A stretch of DNA of 61,199 nucleotides, filler included. It is 9 parts of 9 records of this genome, joined end to end, with 100 filler letters (N's around TTAATTAATTAA, not from the genome) between each part and the next. Parts side by side here need not be neighbours in the genome. Positions count along the whole stretch, not along the records: positions 49,553 to 55,179 come from SRR31156797_118862; positions 55,280 to 61,199 come from SRR31156797_119184; 7 more parts are not named here. One strand, 5' to 3'. Every line of letters starts with the position of its first letter. The stretch's first letter is position 1. The notes under the pieces were generated by a model. It made no database searches and was not told the origin of the DNA. It saw nothing but the letters and a program-made list of their open reading frames with translations. Of this stretch, positions 49,728 to 60,195 are shown one piece after another. The position numbers and the translations under genes are program-made.

Positions 49728-49770
49728 AATACTTAAAAACGCCTTTCAGGATTAAAAAAGCGGTGCCACC

Positions 49771-50661
49771 ATGGACATAAGGGATTTCGTTAAAAAACAG
49801 GATGCAGCACTTAAACGATACCATATATTGTACAAGCTCCTGGATTTTGTGGCAATAACTATCATATTTTATCTTTTGCTGTTCTACTTTAATGTAGGCG
49901 GAGTCTTTTCACAACTTCCCAGTTTTGAAGTCAGAGCAGGAACATCATTTGATTTTCTTGGACTAAGCGTCGCCTTTGAAACTATCGCGTTAACGTTGAT
50001 TGCAGGCTTTTTTTCATTAGTGATTACATTACTCTTTCACCTGCGTGATGACAAAACGAAAGCATTAATGATGCTGGAGAACAAGTATCCTGATCTGAAT
50101 GAGAGGCTACGCACAGCATATGATAATGAAACTGTTGACAACATAATAGTTTCGGATCTGCTTGGTTCAGTGGCTTTAAAAGTAAAGCGAATAGCAGCTT
50201 CTGCTCTTTTTGTAAAAAGAAAGGTTATTTTTACACTTATCATCATTCTGGTCTCAATATCAGCAACAACATATATTGTAAACAATGACCTTCATTCAGG
50301 ACTCATTTCTCCGAATGACTATGCAGACCTGATAGATGAAGTATTTGGAGATGATGAGAATCCGGATGAAATTCTGGAGTTTAGTGCTGAGGGTGGAAAT
50401 AGTACAAGCTCAGGAACAGAGAACCTCACAGGAGATCTCGCTGTTATTGTAGTTGAAGGCACTCCTGTTGACCTGTCACTGCCCCCGGGAAGCGGCGCAG
50501 GATTTGGTAACAGTGGCGAATCAGCAGAAAATGATACGGACTTTGACCAGTCATCACCATATGAAATAAGCATAATCTCTTCCCAGACATATTACGAGGA
50601 GTTACCGGAAGGATATGAAGCTATAATCAAAGACTATTTCGAAAAAATGGCTAATACATGA
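49771..50661 (+). CDS. Conserved archaeal-type membrane protein
   Basis: Three TM segments, ERLRTAYDN, and an acidic tail ending LPEGYEAIIKDYF. Confidence 0.7.
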   Translation: MDIRDFVKKQDAALKRYHILYKLLDFVAITIIFYLLLFYFNVGGVFSQLPSFEVRAGTSFDFLGLSVAFETIALTLIAGFFSLVITLLFHLRDDKTKALMMLENKYPDLNERLRTAYDNETVDNIIVSDLLGSVALKVKRIAASALFVKRKVIFTLIIILVSISATTYIVNNDLHSGLISPNDYADLIDEVFGDDENPDEILEFSAEGGNSTSSGTENLTGDLAVIVVEGTPVDLSLPPGSGAGFGNSGESAENDTDFDQSSPYEISIISSQTYYEELPEGYEAIIKDYFEKMANT

Positions 50662-50720
50662 ATAATTCATATATCAAATTCATCAATTACATTCACAGGA
50701 CAAAATAAAGGAGATAATAG

Positions 50721-51677
50721 ATGGCAAGCGACTTGTCCCAGACATACCAGATGGCCGGCGATATGTTTGCAACACTTACCAATGAGATAGGTAAGGTTGT
50801 TGTCGGTCAGAACGAAGCGGTGGAGCAGATCATCATTGCAATACTCTGTAATGGGCATGCATTGGTAGAAAGTAACCCCGGACTTGGAAAGACACTTACG
50901 ATATCAACAATATCAAAGTCAATGGACCTGAATTTTAGCAGAATACAGTGTACACCTGACCTTATGCCTGCAGATATCACAGGAACTCACATCATTGAAG
51001 AAACCGACGGACATAAGGAGTTTAAGTTCGAACCCGGACCTATATTTGCTAATATTGTTCTTGCAGACGAGATAAACCGTGCTTCACCAAAGACACAATC
51101 TGCATTGCTTGAAGCCATGCAGGAAAAGCAAATCACTGTAGGTAATGATACGTTCATGCTTGAGCAACCTTTCTTTATTCTGGCTACCCAAAACCCGATT
51201 GAAATGGAGGGAACTTTCCCGCTGCCTGAAGCCCAGCTTGACAGATTCCTGCTCAAGATCCTGGTGGATTATCCAAGCTATGAGGATGAGATAGAGATCG
51301 TGAACAGGTACACCAAATCCATTGAACCTACAGTTGGCAAAGTACTCAATAAGAACACACTTCTTGACCTGCAGAAACTTACAAGGGATATGCCGGTTGC
51401 TGATGACATCAGGAACAGGGCAATCCAGATAGTCATGTCAACCCGTATTAAGAGTGAAATCATTGAGTATGGTGCATCTCCAAGGGCATCCATAGGTCTC
51501 ATTCTTGCAGCAAAGGCACGTGCACTTTTAAAAGGACGTAACTTTGTAAGTGCAGAGGATATCAATGCCATGGCATACCCGATACTCAGGCACAGGATAG
51601 CGCTAACCTTTGAAGCTGAAAGAAGGGGAGCAAGCACCGAGCAGGTGATCAAGAGCATACTTGAGAAGATCAAGTAA
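50721..51677 (+). CDS. MoxR-family AAA+ ATPase
   Basis: PGLGKT, RIQCTPDLMPADITG, LADEINRA, ATQNPIEMEGTFPLPEAQLDRF. Confidence 0.95.
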   Translation: MASDLSQTYQMAGDMFATLTNEIGKVVVGQNEAVEQIIIAILCNGHALVESNPGLGKTLTISTISKSMDLNFSRIQCTPDLMPADITGTHIIEETDGHKEFKFEPGPIFANIVLADEINRASPKTQSALLEAMQEKQITVGNDTFMLEQPFFILATQNPIEMEGTFPLPEAQLDRFLLKILVDYPSYEDEIEIVNRYTKSIEPTVGKVLNKNTLLDLQKLTRDMPVADDIRNRAIQIVMSTRIKSEIIEYGASPRASIGLILAAKARALLKGRNFVSAEDINAMAYPILRHRIALTFEAERRGASTEQVIKSILEKIK

Positions 51678-51717
51678 GAAGGCATCTTTGCCGGGTAACT
51701 CACGCAGGATACTTGCA

Positions 51718-52602
51718 ATGGGCGAAAAAAGACATAATATAGATGTTGATTTTTTCAATCAGCTTGATCGCTTTACTTTTTTAGTAAGGAAAAGAATCTC
51801 AACTGCATACTCCGGTAGCAGACGCTCTATACGCACCGGAAAAGGTCAGGACACCAGAGGATTTAGGGATTATCACCAGGGTGATGAACTCAGGACCATT
51901 GACTGGAATGCCTATGCCAGGACTGAAAAACTCTATATACGCCAGTTTGAGGAAGACAAGTCCCTGACAACACATATTCTGCTTGATTCAAGCAAGAGTA
52001 TGGATTACACAGGCGGCAAGGCCCCGAGCAAGTTCGAATATGCAACAATGATGGCAGCAGGCTTTGCATATATGGTTACTAAAGAAAACGATAAATTTGC
52101 CATATCCAGCTTTTCAGAGGAAGTTCATTTTTCCAAGCCAAAAAGAGGAAGAAGGCATCTTCTTAATACCATCGATAGACTTGAAACAGAACCTGTTGGC
52201 GGTAAGACCGAAATAGATGAATGTACAATGCAGTACAGAAAAGCCATTAATTCACGTTCACTTGTTGTTATTATCTCCGACTTCCTGCAGGACTCGGAAG
52301 AAATAGAATCTGCAATCTATCGTTTTGCGGACAATGACCTCATACTGGTACAGGTACTGGACAGGACAGAAAGTACTCTTGAGATACATGGCCATACAGA
52401 GCTTATTGATCTTGAATCCGGAAATAAAGTTGATACATATATCAGTGAAGAACTGAAAAATGAATATCAGGAAAAACTGACAGCACATATCAACCACATT
52501 GGAGATACGTGCAGTAGGGCAGGAGCCGAGTTTTATACATTCACAACCGATACTCCGATATTTGATGCGTTCTTCCATATCATAAGCAGGAGGAAACTGT
52601 AA
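51718..52602 (+). CDS. DUF58 (VWA-like) protein
   Basis: RDYHQGDELRTIDWNAYAR, DSSKSM, VIISDF. Confidence 0.9.
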   Translation: MGEKRHNIDVDFFNQLDRFTFLVRKRISTAYSGSRRSIRTGKGQDTRGFRDYHQGDELRTIDWNAYARTEKLYIRQFEEDKSLTTHILLDSSKSMDYTGGKAPSKFEYATMMAAGFAYMVTKENDKFAISSFSEEVHFSKPKRGRRHLLNTIDRLETEPVGGKTEIDECTMQYRKAINSRSLVVIISDFLQDSEEIESAIYRFADNDLILVQVLDRTESTLEIHGHTELIDLESGNKVDTYISEELKNEYQEKLTAHINHIGDTCSRAGAEFYTFTTDTPIFDAFFHIISRRKL

Positions 52603-54470
52603 TGCCTTTTGATACTCCTATTGCTCTTTTAGCCCTGCTTAGTATAATCCCGTTAATAATTCTCTACCTCCTCAGGCCAAAACCACTCAAGGTGCAGGTA
52701 CCATCCGTGATGTTTTTGATGGACATAAAGGAAGAGAAAAAGAGATTCTATACTTCAATTACCAGACTCATCAAAGACCCGCTTCTTCTTATTCAATTAC
52801 TCGTGCTTATCCTGCTCGCACTTGCAGCAGCCTCACCATTCTTTGAGACACAGGAAGCACTAAGCGGTGAGCACACAGTCCTTATCATTGATGCATCTGC
52901 GAGCATGCAGACAGACAACAGGTTCACCCAGGCAATTTCCCAGGCTGAAGATTATGTCAGCAAGGAAAACAGCATTATACTTGCAGAAAGCACTCCGGTT
53001 ACAGTCCTTGAAGCAGAAGGCTCTGAAGCAACCTATCAGGCCCTTAGCTCGCTGGAAGCAAAGGCTACAGCTGCTGACATATCAAGTGCTGTTTCAGCAG
53101 GCATGCTAATGCTTTCAGGAGAAGGCGGAAATATAGTCGTTGTTTCTGATTTTGCCAGCTGGAACGGCGATGATCCCGTAAATTCAATGAAACTTGCAGA
53201 ATCTTACGGACTCAGTGTGAAGTATATTACTGTAGGTAGTGAAGCAGATAACATTGGTTTCATACAGGGCGATGTTGAAGTTGTGGAGGGTACTTACTCC
53301 TATGTAGGCGTGCTCAAGAACTATCATAACAGCAGACAGAATGTCAATATTGAAATCGAGAATCTTGACAGTGGTAAGATTGCAAAGGAATCATTCAATA
53401 TTCCTGCGCGCTCAACAAAACAACTACTTCTTACTGATCTTGGAACCGGAATCACTGAGGTCAGGATTATGGAAACTGACACTCTTATGGCTGACAACAC
53501 AGCATACATATCTATTCCAAGGATCTCAGACAGACAGATGCTTTATGTGACAGATACCGATGATCTGCCGTCCAGAGTAGCACTTTCACTCATACCTAAC
53601 ATCGACATAAGTCAAATTGAAGGAATACCTGAAGATCTTTCACCATACAGCGTTGTTATTGTTGCAAGCAAGGAAAGATCACTGGGAAGCAATGAGATTT
53701 CGACTCTTTCCAGCTATCTTAATAATGGAGGAAGAGCGGTATTTATTGCCAGTGACATGCTTTCAATTGAAAATGCAAAAACCGAATTGCAGGAATTAAT
53801 CCCTGTTAAAGTAGGATCTGTTGAAGATGCCGGAGATGGCGTCACCCTTGAGATTGTACAGGAAACAAGACTCAGTGAGGATATCAGATACGAAGAAGTT
53901 GCTATGTACCAGTTCCTCAATGTCAGTGAAAGGATTGATTCAACAACACTTGTTGCAACTGAAGATGATATTCCTGTACTTGCATACGGTTCTATTGGAG
54001 ACGGCACTGTTGTTTACTACGGAATAAATGATATTGCAGGCGAAGATGCATGGAATAACTTCCACAACCTTCCTGAATTCCCTGTGTTCTGGTTCAAACT
54101 TGCAGGATGGCTTGGAGGTACTGGCAGCATTCAGGATTACAACCTCAAAACAGGAACCATCGCAGCACTTGCAAATGAACAGGAAATACAGACACCAAGC
54201 GATACCCAGACTGTGAGCCGTGTCCTTTATGACGAGGTCGGAATCTATCAGGTGGCTGGTAAGGAAATAGCAGTGAATATCTATAATGACAGGGAGTCAG
54301 ACACTGCACTTGTAGATGAACTTGAAGATTCACAAGCAGACGATGAACCAGGCATCGTACGTGCCAGTTCCTATACCGCAAAGAATTACCTGGATACTTA
54401 CATGATAATTATTGTTTTCTTACTGGTGATACTTGAACTGTTAATTATTAAGAAGAGAGGTGAGCTCTGA
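52602..54470 (+). CDS. BatA-domain/VWA membrane protein
   Basis: F..P..LL...IPLIILYLL BatA N-terminus, DASASM, VVSDF, C-terminal TM. Confidence 0.85.
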   Translation: MPFDTPIALLALLSIIPLIILYLLRPKPLKVQVPSVMFLMDIKEEKKRFYTSITRLIKDPLLLIQLLVLILLALAAASPFFETQEALSGEHTVLIIDASASMQTDNRFTQAISQAEDYVSKENSIILAESTPVTVLEAEGSEATYQALSSLEAKATAADISSAVSAGMLMLSGEGGNIVVVSDFASWNGDDPVNSMKLAESYGLSVKYITVGSEADNIGFIQGDVEVVEGTYSYVGVLKNYHNSRQNVNIEIENLDSGKIAKESFNIPARSTKQLLLTDLGTGITEVRIMETDTLMADNTAYISIPRISDRQMLYVTDTDDLPSRVALSLIPNIDISQIEGIPEDLSPYSVVIVASKERSLGSNEISTLSSYLNNGGRAVFIASDMLSIENAKTELQELIPVKVGSVEDAGDGVTLEIVQETRLSEDIRYEEVAMYQFLNVSERIDSTTLVATEDDIPVLAYGSIGDGTVVYYGINDIAGEDAWNNFHNLPEFPVFWFKLAGWLGGTGSIQDYNLKTGTIAALANEQEIQTPSDTQTVSRVLYDEVGIYQVAGKEIAVNIYNDRESDTALVDELEDSQADDEPGIVRASSYTAKNYLDTYMIIIVFLLVILELLIIKKRGEL

Positions 54471-55179
54471 TGCAGTTTGAGAATCCTGCAGTATTGGGCC
54501 TGATAATACCTGCAACCATTGTAGGATTATACATGATGAGAAAGGCAAAAAGAAAGGAGCTCATCATTTCCCGCATAATTGTTGCGGCGTTATTGATTAC
54601 AGCCTTTGCATCCCCATTCGTACTTGTTCCAAGGGTCACCACAGATGAGAATCCAAACCTTGTGATCATCTCGGATGAAACTGCAAGCATGGCACTGTTT
54701 GAGAACGGAACCTCTAGTGAACTTTATGAAGCACTGACTGTTAAAACTCCTGCATCACTGGTAACACTCACCGGAGATAATACAGCTCTTGGAGATGCCA
54801 TTGTGCAATATTCCACAGGTGATAACCAGCTGGTGCTGGTAACTGATGGTAACAGCAATACCGGAGAGGATGTAGAAAGTGCACTGCAGTTTGCCCAGGA
54901 AACCGGAACCACAGTTTATTTAGTTCAGCCGGACCTGGAAAATAATGACCTTACGGTCCAAATAGATGGAGACAAAACTGTAGTTCGCAACAATGAGAAC
55001 CAATTTGATATTGTCGTATCCCAGGCACTGGATGAAGAGGTTACGTACAGCTACGAGCTTTATAGTGATGATACGCTCATCAGGAGTGGAACAAGAACTT
55101 TTACCGATCGTGAAGACAGGATACCTGTGACACAGGTCAAGTTCTCCAAACTGGGAGCACACACTTTAAAGGCAACTAT
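54470..55179 (+). CDS. VWA-domain membrane protein, 3'-truncated
   Basis: Two TM segments, SDETASM, TALGDAI, VLVTDGNSN; TGATG coupling to the previous gene. Confidence 0.78.
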
Positions 55180-55279
55180 NNNNNNNNNNNNNNNNNNNNN
55201 NNNNNNNNNNNNNNNNNNNNNNNTTAATTAATTAANNNNNNNNNNNNNNNNNNNNNNNNNNNNNNNNNNNNNNNNNNNN
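55180..55279. other. Artificial contig linker
   Basis: N-run around TTAATTAATTAA. Confidence 0.99.
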
Positions 55280-56601
55280 GACCCTGCTTTTCCAGAACTG
55301 TGCCAATATTGTTGATTTCATTAAAAGACTCATCTTTTCCCAGGATTTTCTTCACCGTCACAGGAAATCTGAAAAAGTCTTTACCCGTAAAAGAAAACTA
55401 CCCTTTCCAACCTTGATTATCTTCCTAATCGATCTGGCGACCGGTTCCTATCAAAATGAGCTGAACCGTTTCTTTCGTATTTTGATGCCCTCAGATCTTC
55501 CCATGAAGTTCATTTCAAAAGTCGCCCTGGCAAAAGCCAGACTGAAATTTTCCTACAATGCGTTTATCGAACTCAATGAACAGATTGCCGAATATTTTTA
55601 CAAAACAATGCCAGTAAATCAATGGAATGGATATAACTTGCTGGCGGTGGACGGAACATTGCTTCGCTTGCCAAAAATACAAAGTATTCTGGAATATTTC
55701 GGCGTTTGGCATAATACCAAGGGTGATGATCGACCGATGGCACGTGTATCCCAGATGTTTGACCCACTCAACCGGGTCAGTATCGATTCAATCATATCTC
55801 CGAAAAGTGTTGGAGAAAGAGAACTGGCCGCCCGACATTTTTTCAAACTCACCGTTGGTGATCTGATCCTACTTGATCGGGGTTATCCCGCTTATTGGCT
55901 GTTTAACCTGATTATGTCCATGGGAGCCGACTTTTGTGCCCGAGTATCAGCAACAAAATGGAAGATCATACGCAAATTCGTCAATTCCGGGAAACAAGAG
56001 GCGATTATCGCCCTGCCTGCTTTTACCTCATCAATCAAAAAATGCAAAGAACTGGGCCTTGAAATCAGTTCAATGAAATTGAGGCTGATCCGAGTTGAAT
56101 TGGATACCGGCGAAACAGAAGTGCTCATCACCTCCCTTATCGATAAAAAGGCTTTGCCTTGCGAGCTTTTTCGTGAACTATATCACCTCCGGTGGCCCGT
56201 TGAAGAAGACTACAAAAAAATGAAATCCTGGATTGAAATTGAAAACTTTTCTGGGAAATCGGTGGAATCTGTGCACCAGGATTTCTACGCCAAGGTTTTC
56301 GCCAAAAATCTCACTGCAGTAATTGCCAGCACCACAAGTGAAAACATTGATGCTGCCTATAAAACCAGAAAGTACCTGTATCAAGTCAACTATGCTCAGG
56401 CCTATTCCGAAATGAAACGCATCATTCCGGCGCTCTTTTTCCGTTCGAAAGATCTGGTATCCGAAATCATCGCTGCCCTACGCGAATTTCTCGTCCAAAC
56501 GGTTGAACCCATCAGGCCTGGCAGAAAATTTCAAAGAAAGAAAATGCCGCCGAGAAACTATTACCAAAATTACAAAGCAATCTGCTAAGTTAATGACATT
56601 G
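55280..56601 (+). mobile_element. IS4-family insertion sequence, left end missing
   Basis: Transposase followed by a probable right terminal repeat CTAAGTTAATGACATTG (56585-56601). Confidence 0.85.
55281..56588 (+). CDS. IS4-family DDE transposase, 5'-truncated
   Basis: FTRKRKLPF, AVDGT, LDRGY and the YREK motif YHLRWPVEEDYKKMK; the frame is open from the edge. Confidence 0.92.
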   Translation, partial: TLLFQNCANIVDFIKRLIFSQDFLHRHRKSEKVFTRKRKLPFPTLIIFLIDLATGSYQNELNRFFRILMPSDLPMKFISKVALAKARLKFSYNAFIELNEQIAEYFYKTMPVNQWNGYNLLAVDGTLLRLPKIQSILEYFGVWHNTKGDDRPMARVSQMFDPLNRVSIDSIISPKSVGERELAARHFFKLTVGDLILLDRGYPAYWLFNLIMSMGADFCARVSATKWKIIRKFVNSGKQEAIIALPAFTSSIKKCKELGLEISSMKLRLIRVELDTGETEVLITSLIDKKALPCELFRELYHLRWPVEEDYKKMKSWIEIENFSGKSVESVHQDFYAKVFAKNLTAVIASTTSENIDAAYKTRKYLYQVNYAQAYSEMKRIIPALFFRSKDLVSEIIAALREFLVQTVEPIRPGRKFQRKKMPPRNYYQNYKAIC

Positions 56602-56604
56602 GGC

Positions 56605-57120
56605 TTAAAATCCAGGCAGCTTAAATTTAAGGGTCACTTCGCCCGTGGTTTTATCAATTTTCACCATACGCTCATCATTTACGGAGGATGTGATCTTCTT
56701 TCCGGTGGCCACCTCCAAAAGACCACCAATGAACGCCATGCCGGAGTTTAAAACTTCTTCCATTTTTTCCGGCGCCGGCTCGTCGGCTGGGGCTTTCTCT
56801 GCTGGTTCTTCTGAATCGGCACGAGACGGGTCCTCGGGTTCATCCACAATCAAGGCCTGCCGCTTTTTCACGGGGATTTTCCCTGACAATTCCACAAAAG
56901 GGATGCCGATCTCCGACAGATGCCGGGCAATCAGATAGGTCATGGTGGTCCATTCACTGAAAATAACCATGGCATGCTTCCGGGAGAGTCTCTTGACCGC
57001 CTCAGCGGTCTTGGTGGAAAAATTCTTGATGCGTTGGGCCTCATCCAGAATCACCAGATCCGGCTTAAAATCGGAGATCACCGTCACATCCCGGAGTACT
57101 GCTTCATAGTTGGTAAAGAG
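56605..57120 (-). pseudogene. Internally deleted SNF2-family helicase remnant
   Basis: TNYE...LDEAQRIKN (motif II) joins directly to VIFSEW (motif IV) and then a C-terminal tail; motifs I, III, V and VI are absent. Confidence 0.75.
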
Positions 57121-57148
57121 TCTGCAATCCCGAATTTTGAGGGACCAT

Positions 57149-57182
57149 AAAAAACGGCCACCCTTCATAAGAAAGATGGCCG
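57149..57182 (-). terminator. Intrinsic terminator of htpG
   Basis: Minus strand CGGCCATCTTTC-ttat-GAAGGGTGGCCG followed by a T run. Confidence 0.8.
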
Positions 57183-57212
57183 ATTTTTCTGGGCAGGGGT
57201 GAATCGTTGGTT

Positions 57213-59141
57213 CTAAAAAGCCCCGGTGAGCAATTCACCCACCTGTTTATTAAAACGGGAGGGATTGTCGATTTTCCCGCCCTCGCCGATCACCGCCATG
57301 TCGAAGAGCAGTTGGCTGTAGTCTTGCAATTTGGGATCTTTCTTGTTGCTTTCAAACATTTCCTTCATTTTCAAAATGGCCGGATGATCCCCGTTCAACT
57401 CCAGAACCCGCTTGACGTCAGGCGCATCATTACCGGTGGCCTTCATGATCTTTTCCATGTAGGCGCTCATCTCCCCTTCATCGCTGGAGAGGCAGGCCAC
57501 GGAATCCTTGAGGCGCATTGAGGGACGGACTTCCTTGATCTTCTCATGCAGATGGTTCTTGATGAATTCGAAGAGGGAATTAAGATCTTTCGTTTTCTCC
57601 TCTTTCTTTTCATCATCGATCTTCAAATCCCCTTTTTCAGCGCTCATAAGGGGTTTCTTGTCATATTCGGTCAGGGCCTGGACCACCCATTCGTCGATGG
57701 GGTCCGTCATGAGCAGCACTTCATAGTCCTTGGCTTTCAACGCTTCCAGGTGGGGGCTGTTGATAAGGGTGGAGATGTTCTCCCCGGTCATATAATAGAT
57801 CCCTTCCTGATCCGGCTTCATGTTGACCATGTATTCTTTAAGGGATAGATATTTGCCGTCCGACTTGGTGGTTTTGTAGCGTGCCAGATCCGCAATCTTG
57901 TCCTTGTTTTCAAAATCCGAATGGATGCCCTCTTTAATCACCATGCCGAAAGCGTCAAAGAATTTTTCGTAAGTCTCCTTGTCCATCTCCCCAAGATGGT
58001 TGAGAACGTTTTTGATGATATTCTTCCGGATATTTCGAACCATCTTATCCTGCTGCAATATTTCACGGCTCACGTTGAGGTTCAAATCCATGGCATCCAC
58101 AACGCCCTTGATGAACCGCAGGTAGTCGGGGATCAGGTCCTTGCAGTTATCCATGATGAACACACGGCGGGAAAAGAGCCTGATGCCGTGCTTCCGTTCA
58201 GCGGTGAAGAAATCAAAGGGCGCCTTTTCCGGAACAAACAGGAGCATGGTATATTCCACCACCCCTTCCAGTTTCACATGGATATGGGAGAGGGGGTCGT
58301 TCCAGTCGTGACTGATGTGTTTGTAAAACTCCTTGTATTCCTCTTCCTTAATCTCGTTTTTAGGCCGGGTCCAGATGGCTTTCATGGAATTGAGGGTTTC
58401 ATCCCCCCGCACTTTTCGTGTGGTGGAAATCGGTTTCCCCTCCTTGTCTTTGAGCTGCTCCGCTTCGGGAATGGGTTCGGTTTTGTCCACCTCCATCAAA
58501 ATGGGGTAGCGAACAAAATCCGAATGTTTCTTCACGGTCTGGCGGATGGCCCATTCATCCGTGTATTCGTCATCGGCCTTCTCTTCAAGATCTTTCAGCT
58601 CAAGTAAGATGGTGGTCCCCCGTTTTTCTTTTTCCACCTCTTCAATGGTATAGGAGCCATCCCCTTTGGACTCCCACCGAACCGCGGTATCCGAGCCGGC
58701 AGCCTTCGTGGTCAGGGTCACTTTTTCGGCCACGATAAAGGCACTGTAGAAACCGACCCCGAATTTCCCGATGAGATCAGGGGCCAAAGCACCCTCTTTC
58801 TTGGAATTTTCAAGGGCCTCCAAAAATGCGGAGGTACCGCTTTTGGCGATGGTGCCGATATTCTCCATGACCTCGTCGTATGTCATGCCGATACCGTTAT
58901 CCGTGATTTCGAGGCTCTTTTTTTCCTTGTCAGGGGTGATCCGGATAAAGAAATCGGCGTCATCGCCCAGAATATCCGCATCGGTCTGGGCTTTAAAACG
59001 CAACCGGTCAATGGCATCCGATGAATTGGAAATCAATTCTCTCAGAAATATGTCCCGGTTGGAATACAAAGAATTGATAATGAGATTGAGTATCTGCTGA
59101 ATTTCCGTCTTGAATTGATGGGTCTCTTGTTTTCCTGCCAT
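57213..59141 (-). CDS. htpG: Hsp90 chaperone HtpG
   Basis: [46 protein letters not shown]. Confidence 0.97.
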   Translation of the reverse strand: MAGKQETHQFKTEIQQILNLIINSLYSNRDIFLRELISNSSDAIDRLRFKAQTDADILGDDADFFIRITPDKEKKSLEITDNGIGMTYDEVMENIGTIAKSGTSAFLEALENSKKEGALAPDLIGKFGVGFYSAFIVAEKVTLTTKAAGSDTAVRWESKGDGSYTIEEVEKEKRGTTILLELKDLEEKADDEYTDEWAIRQTVKKHSDFVRYPILMEVDKTEPIPEAEQLKDKEGKPISTTRKVRGDETLNSMKAIWTRPKNEIKEEEYKEFYKHISHDWNDPLSHIHVKLEGVVEYTMLLFVPEKAPFDFFTAERKHGIRLFSRRVFIMDNCKDLIPDYLRFIKGVVDAMDLNLNVSREILQQDKMVRNIRKNIIKNVLNHLGEMDKETYEKFFDAFGMVIKEGIHSDFENKDKIADLARYKTTKSDGKYLSLKEYMVNMKPDQEGIYYMTGENISTLINSPHLEALKAKDYEVLLMTDPIDEWVVQALTEYDKKPLMSAEKGDLKIDDEKKEEKTKDLNSLFEFIKNHLHEKIKEVRPSMRLKDSVACLSSDEGEMSAYMEKIMKATGNDAPDVKRVLELNGDHPAILKMKEMFESNKKDPKLQDYSQLLFDMAVIGEGGKIDNPSRFNKQVGELLTGAF

Positions 59142-59191
59142 ATTATCTCCTCACTTCCGGTTTTTGTGTTCTTGAAAAAATTACCCTAATA

Positions 59192-59219
59192 AAATGGGCG
59201 TGAATTTTCAGATGTCAAG
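59192..59219 (-). promoter_or_regulatory. Sigma32 (RpoH)-type promoter for htpG
   Basis: Minus strand CTTGAC-14 nt-GCCCATTT. Confidence 0.55.
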
Positions 59220-59358
59220 ACCTCCAAGGAGCCTTTGAAAGACCACAGGTGCTTCCACCATCACTGTAGATAAATTTTTTCCTTGACAGACCCGGGTCAT
59301 CGGGGGGAAATCAGGGGAGAAAGGCCCATTGATTCTCAACCCGGGAGGTTATTTCAAC

Positions 59359-60195
59359 ATGATCGGCGTCTTTGATTCAGGATTCGGAGGGCTCACCATT
59401 TTGAGCCGGTTCCTAAAAACCCTTCCGGACTATGATTATCTTTATCTGGGAGACAGCGCCCGTACGCCCTACGGCAACAAAAGCCAGGAGGTCATCTATA
59501 CCTACACCCGTCAAGCCGTGAATTTTCTTTTCAGCCAAGGGTGTACCCTGATTATTCTCGCCTGTAATACGGCTTCAACCAAAGCACTTCGCAAAATTCA
59601 GCAGGAATGGCTCCCCGTGAACTACCCGGACCGCCGTGTTCTGGGCGTTGTCATTCCCCTGGCGGAAGCGGCCGTTGAATCAACGCGCTACGGCCGGATC
59701 GGCGTCATCGGGACCCAGGCCACCATTGACTCAAAGGTCTACGAGGTGGAACTCCGGAAACTTGGAACGGGACTCAAGGTCTACGGACAGGCCTGTCCCC
59801 TTCTGGTCCCCCTGGTGGAAGAAGACTGGGTGGGGAAACCGGAATCCAACATGATTTTGAAAAAATACCTGTCCCGCATGAAACGGAAAATGATCGACAC
59901 CCTCATTCTGGGATGCACCCACTACAGTTTTCTGGAAAAAGATATCGCGAGAATCATGGGGAAAAACTGCCGGGTTTTGAACGGCCCCGAAACCATCTCA
60001 TATAAGCTGAAGGATTATTTGATAAGACACCCTGAAATAGAGATCCGGATCCCCCAAAACAGAACCGTTACCTGTTGTACCACGGATGACCCCGAGCGTT
60101 TCAGGGTATTTGGGGAAAAGTTTCTGAATCAAAACATCCCATTGGTTGAGCGGGCCGTTATGGAGCATGAACCATTGCCGCCAAATCCCCGATGA
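59359..60195 (+). CDS. murI: Glutamate racemase
   Basis: [33 protein letters not shown]. Confidence 0.95.
   Translation: MIGVFDSGFGGLTILSRFLKTLPDYDYLYLGDSARTPYGNKSQEVIYTYTRQAVNFLFSQGCTLIILACNTASTKALRKIQQEWLPVNYPDRRVLGVVIPLAEAAVESTRYGRIGVIGTQATIDSKVYEVELRKLGTGLKVYGQACPLLVPLVEEDWVGKPESNMILKKYLSRMKRKMIDTLILGCTHYSFLEKDIARIMGKNCRVLNGPETISYKLKDYLIRHPEIEIRIPQNRTVTCCTTDDPERFRVFGEKFLNQNIPLVERAVMEHEPLPPNPR

Noticed and set aside
5595..55279. Eight recurring TTAATTAATTAA motifs as a biological repeat
   Set aside because: Each is embedded in an identical 100-nt N spacer, and composition and gene content change across it. They are concatenation linkers.
57121..57168. ATG at 57168 as the start of a 187-aa helicase-like protein
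   Set aside because: The ATG lies in the htpG terminator hairpin and the first residues show no SNF2 similarity.
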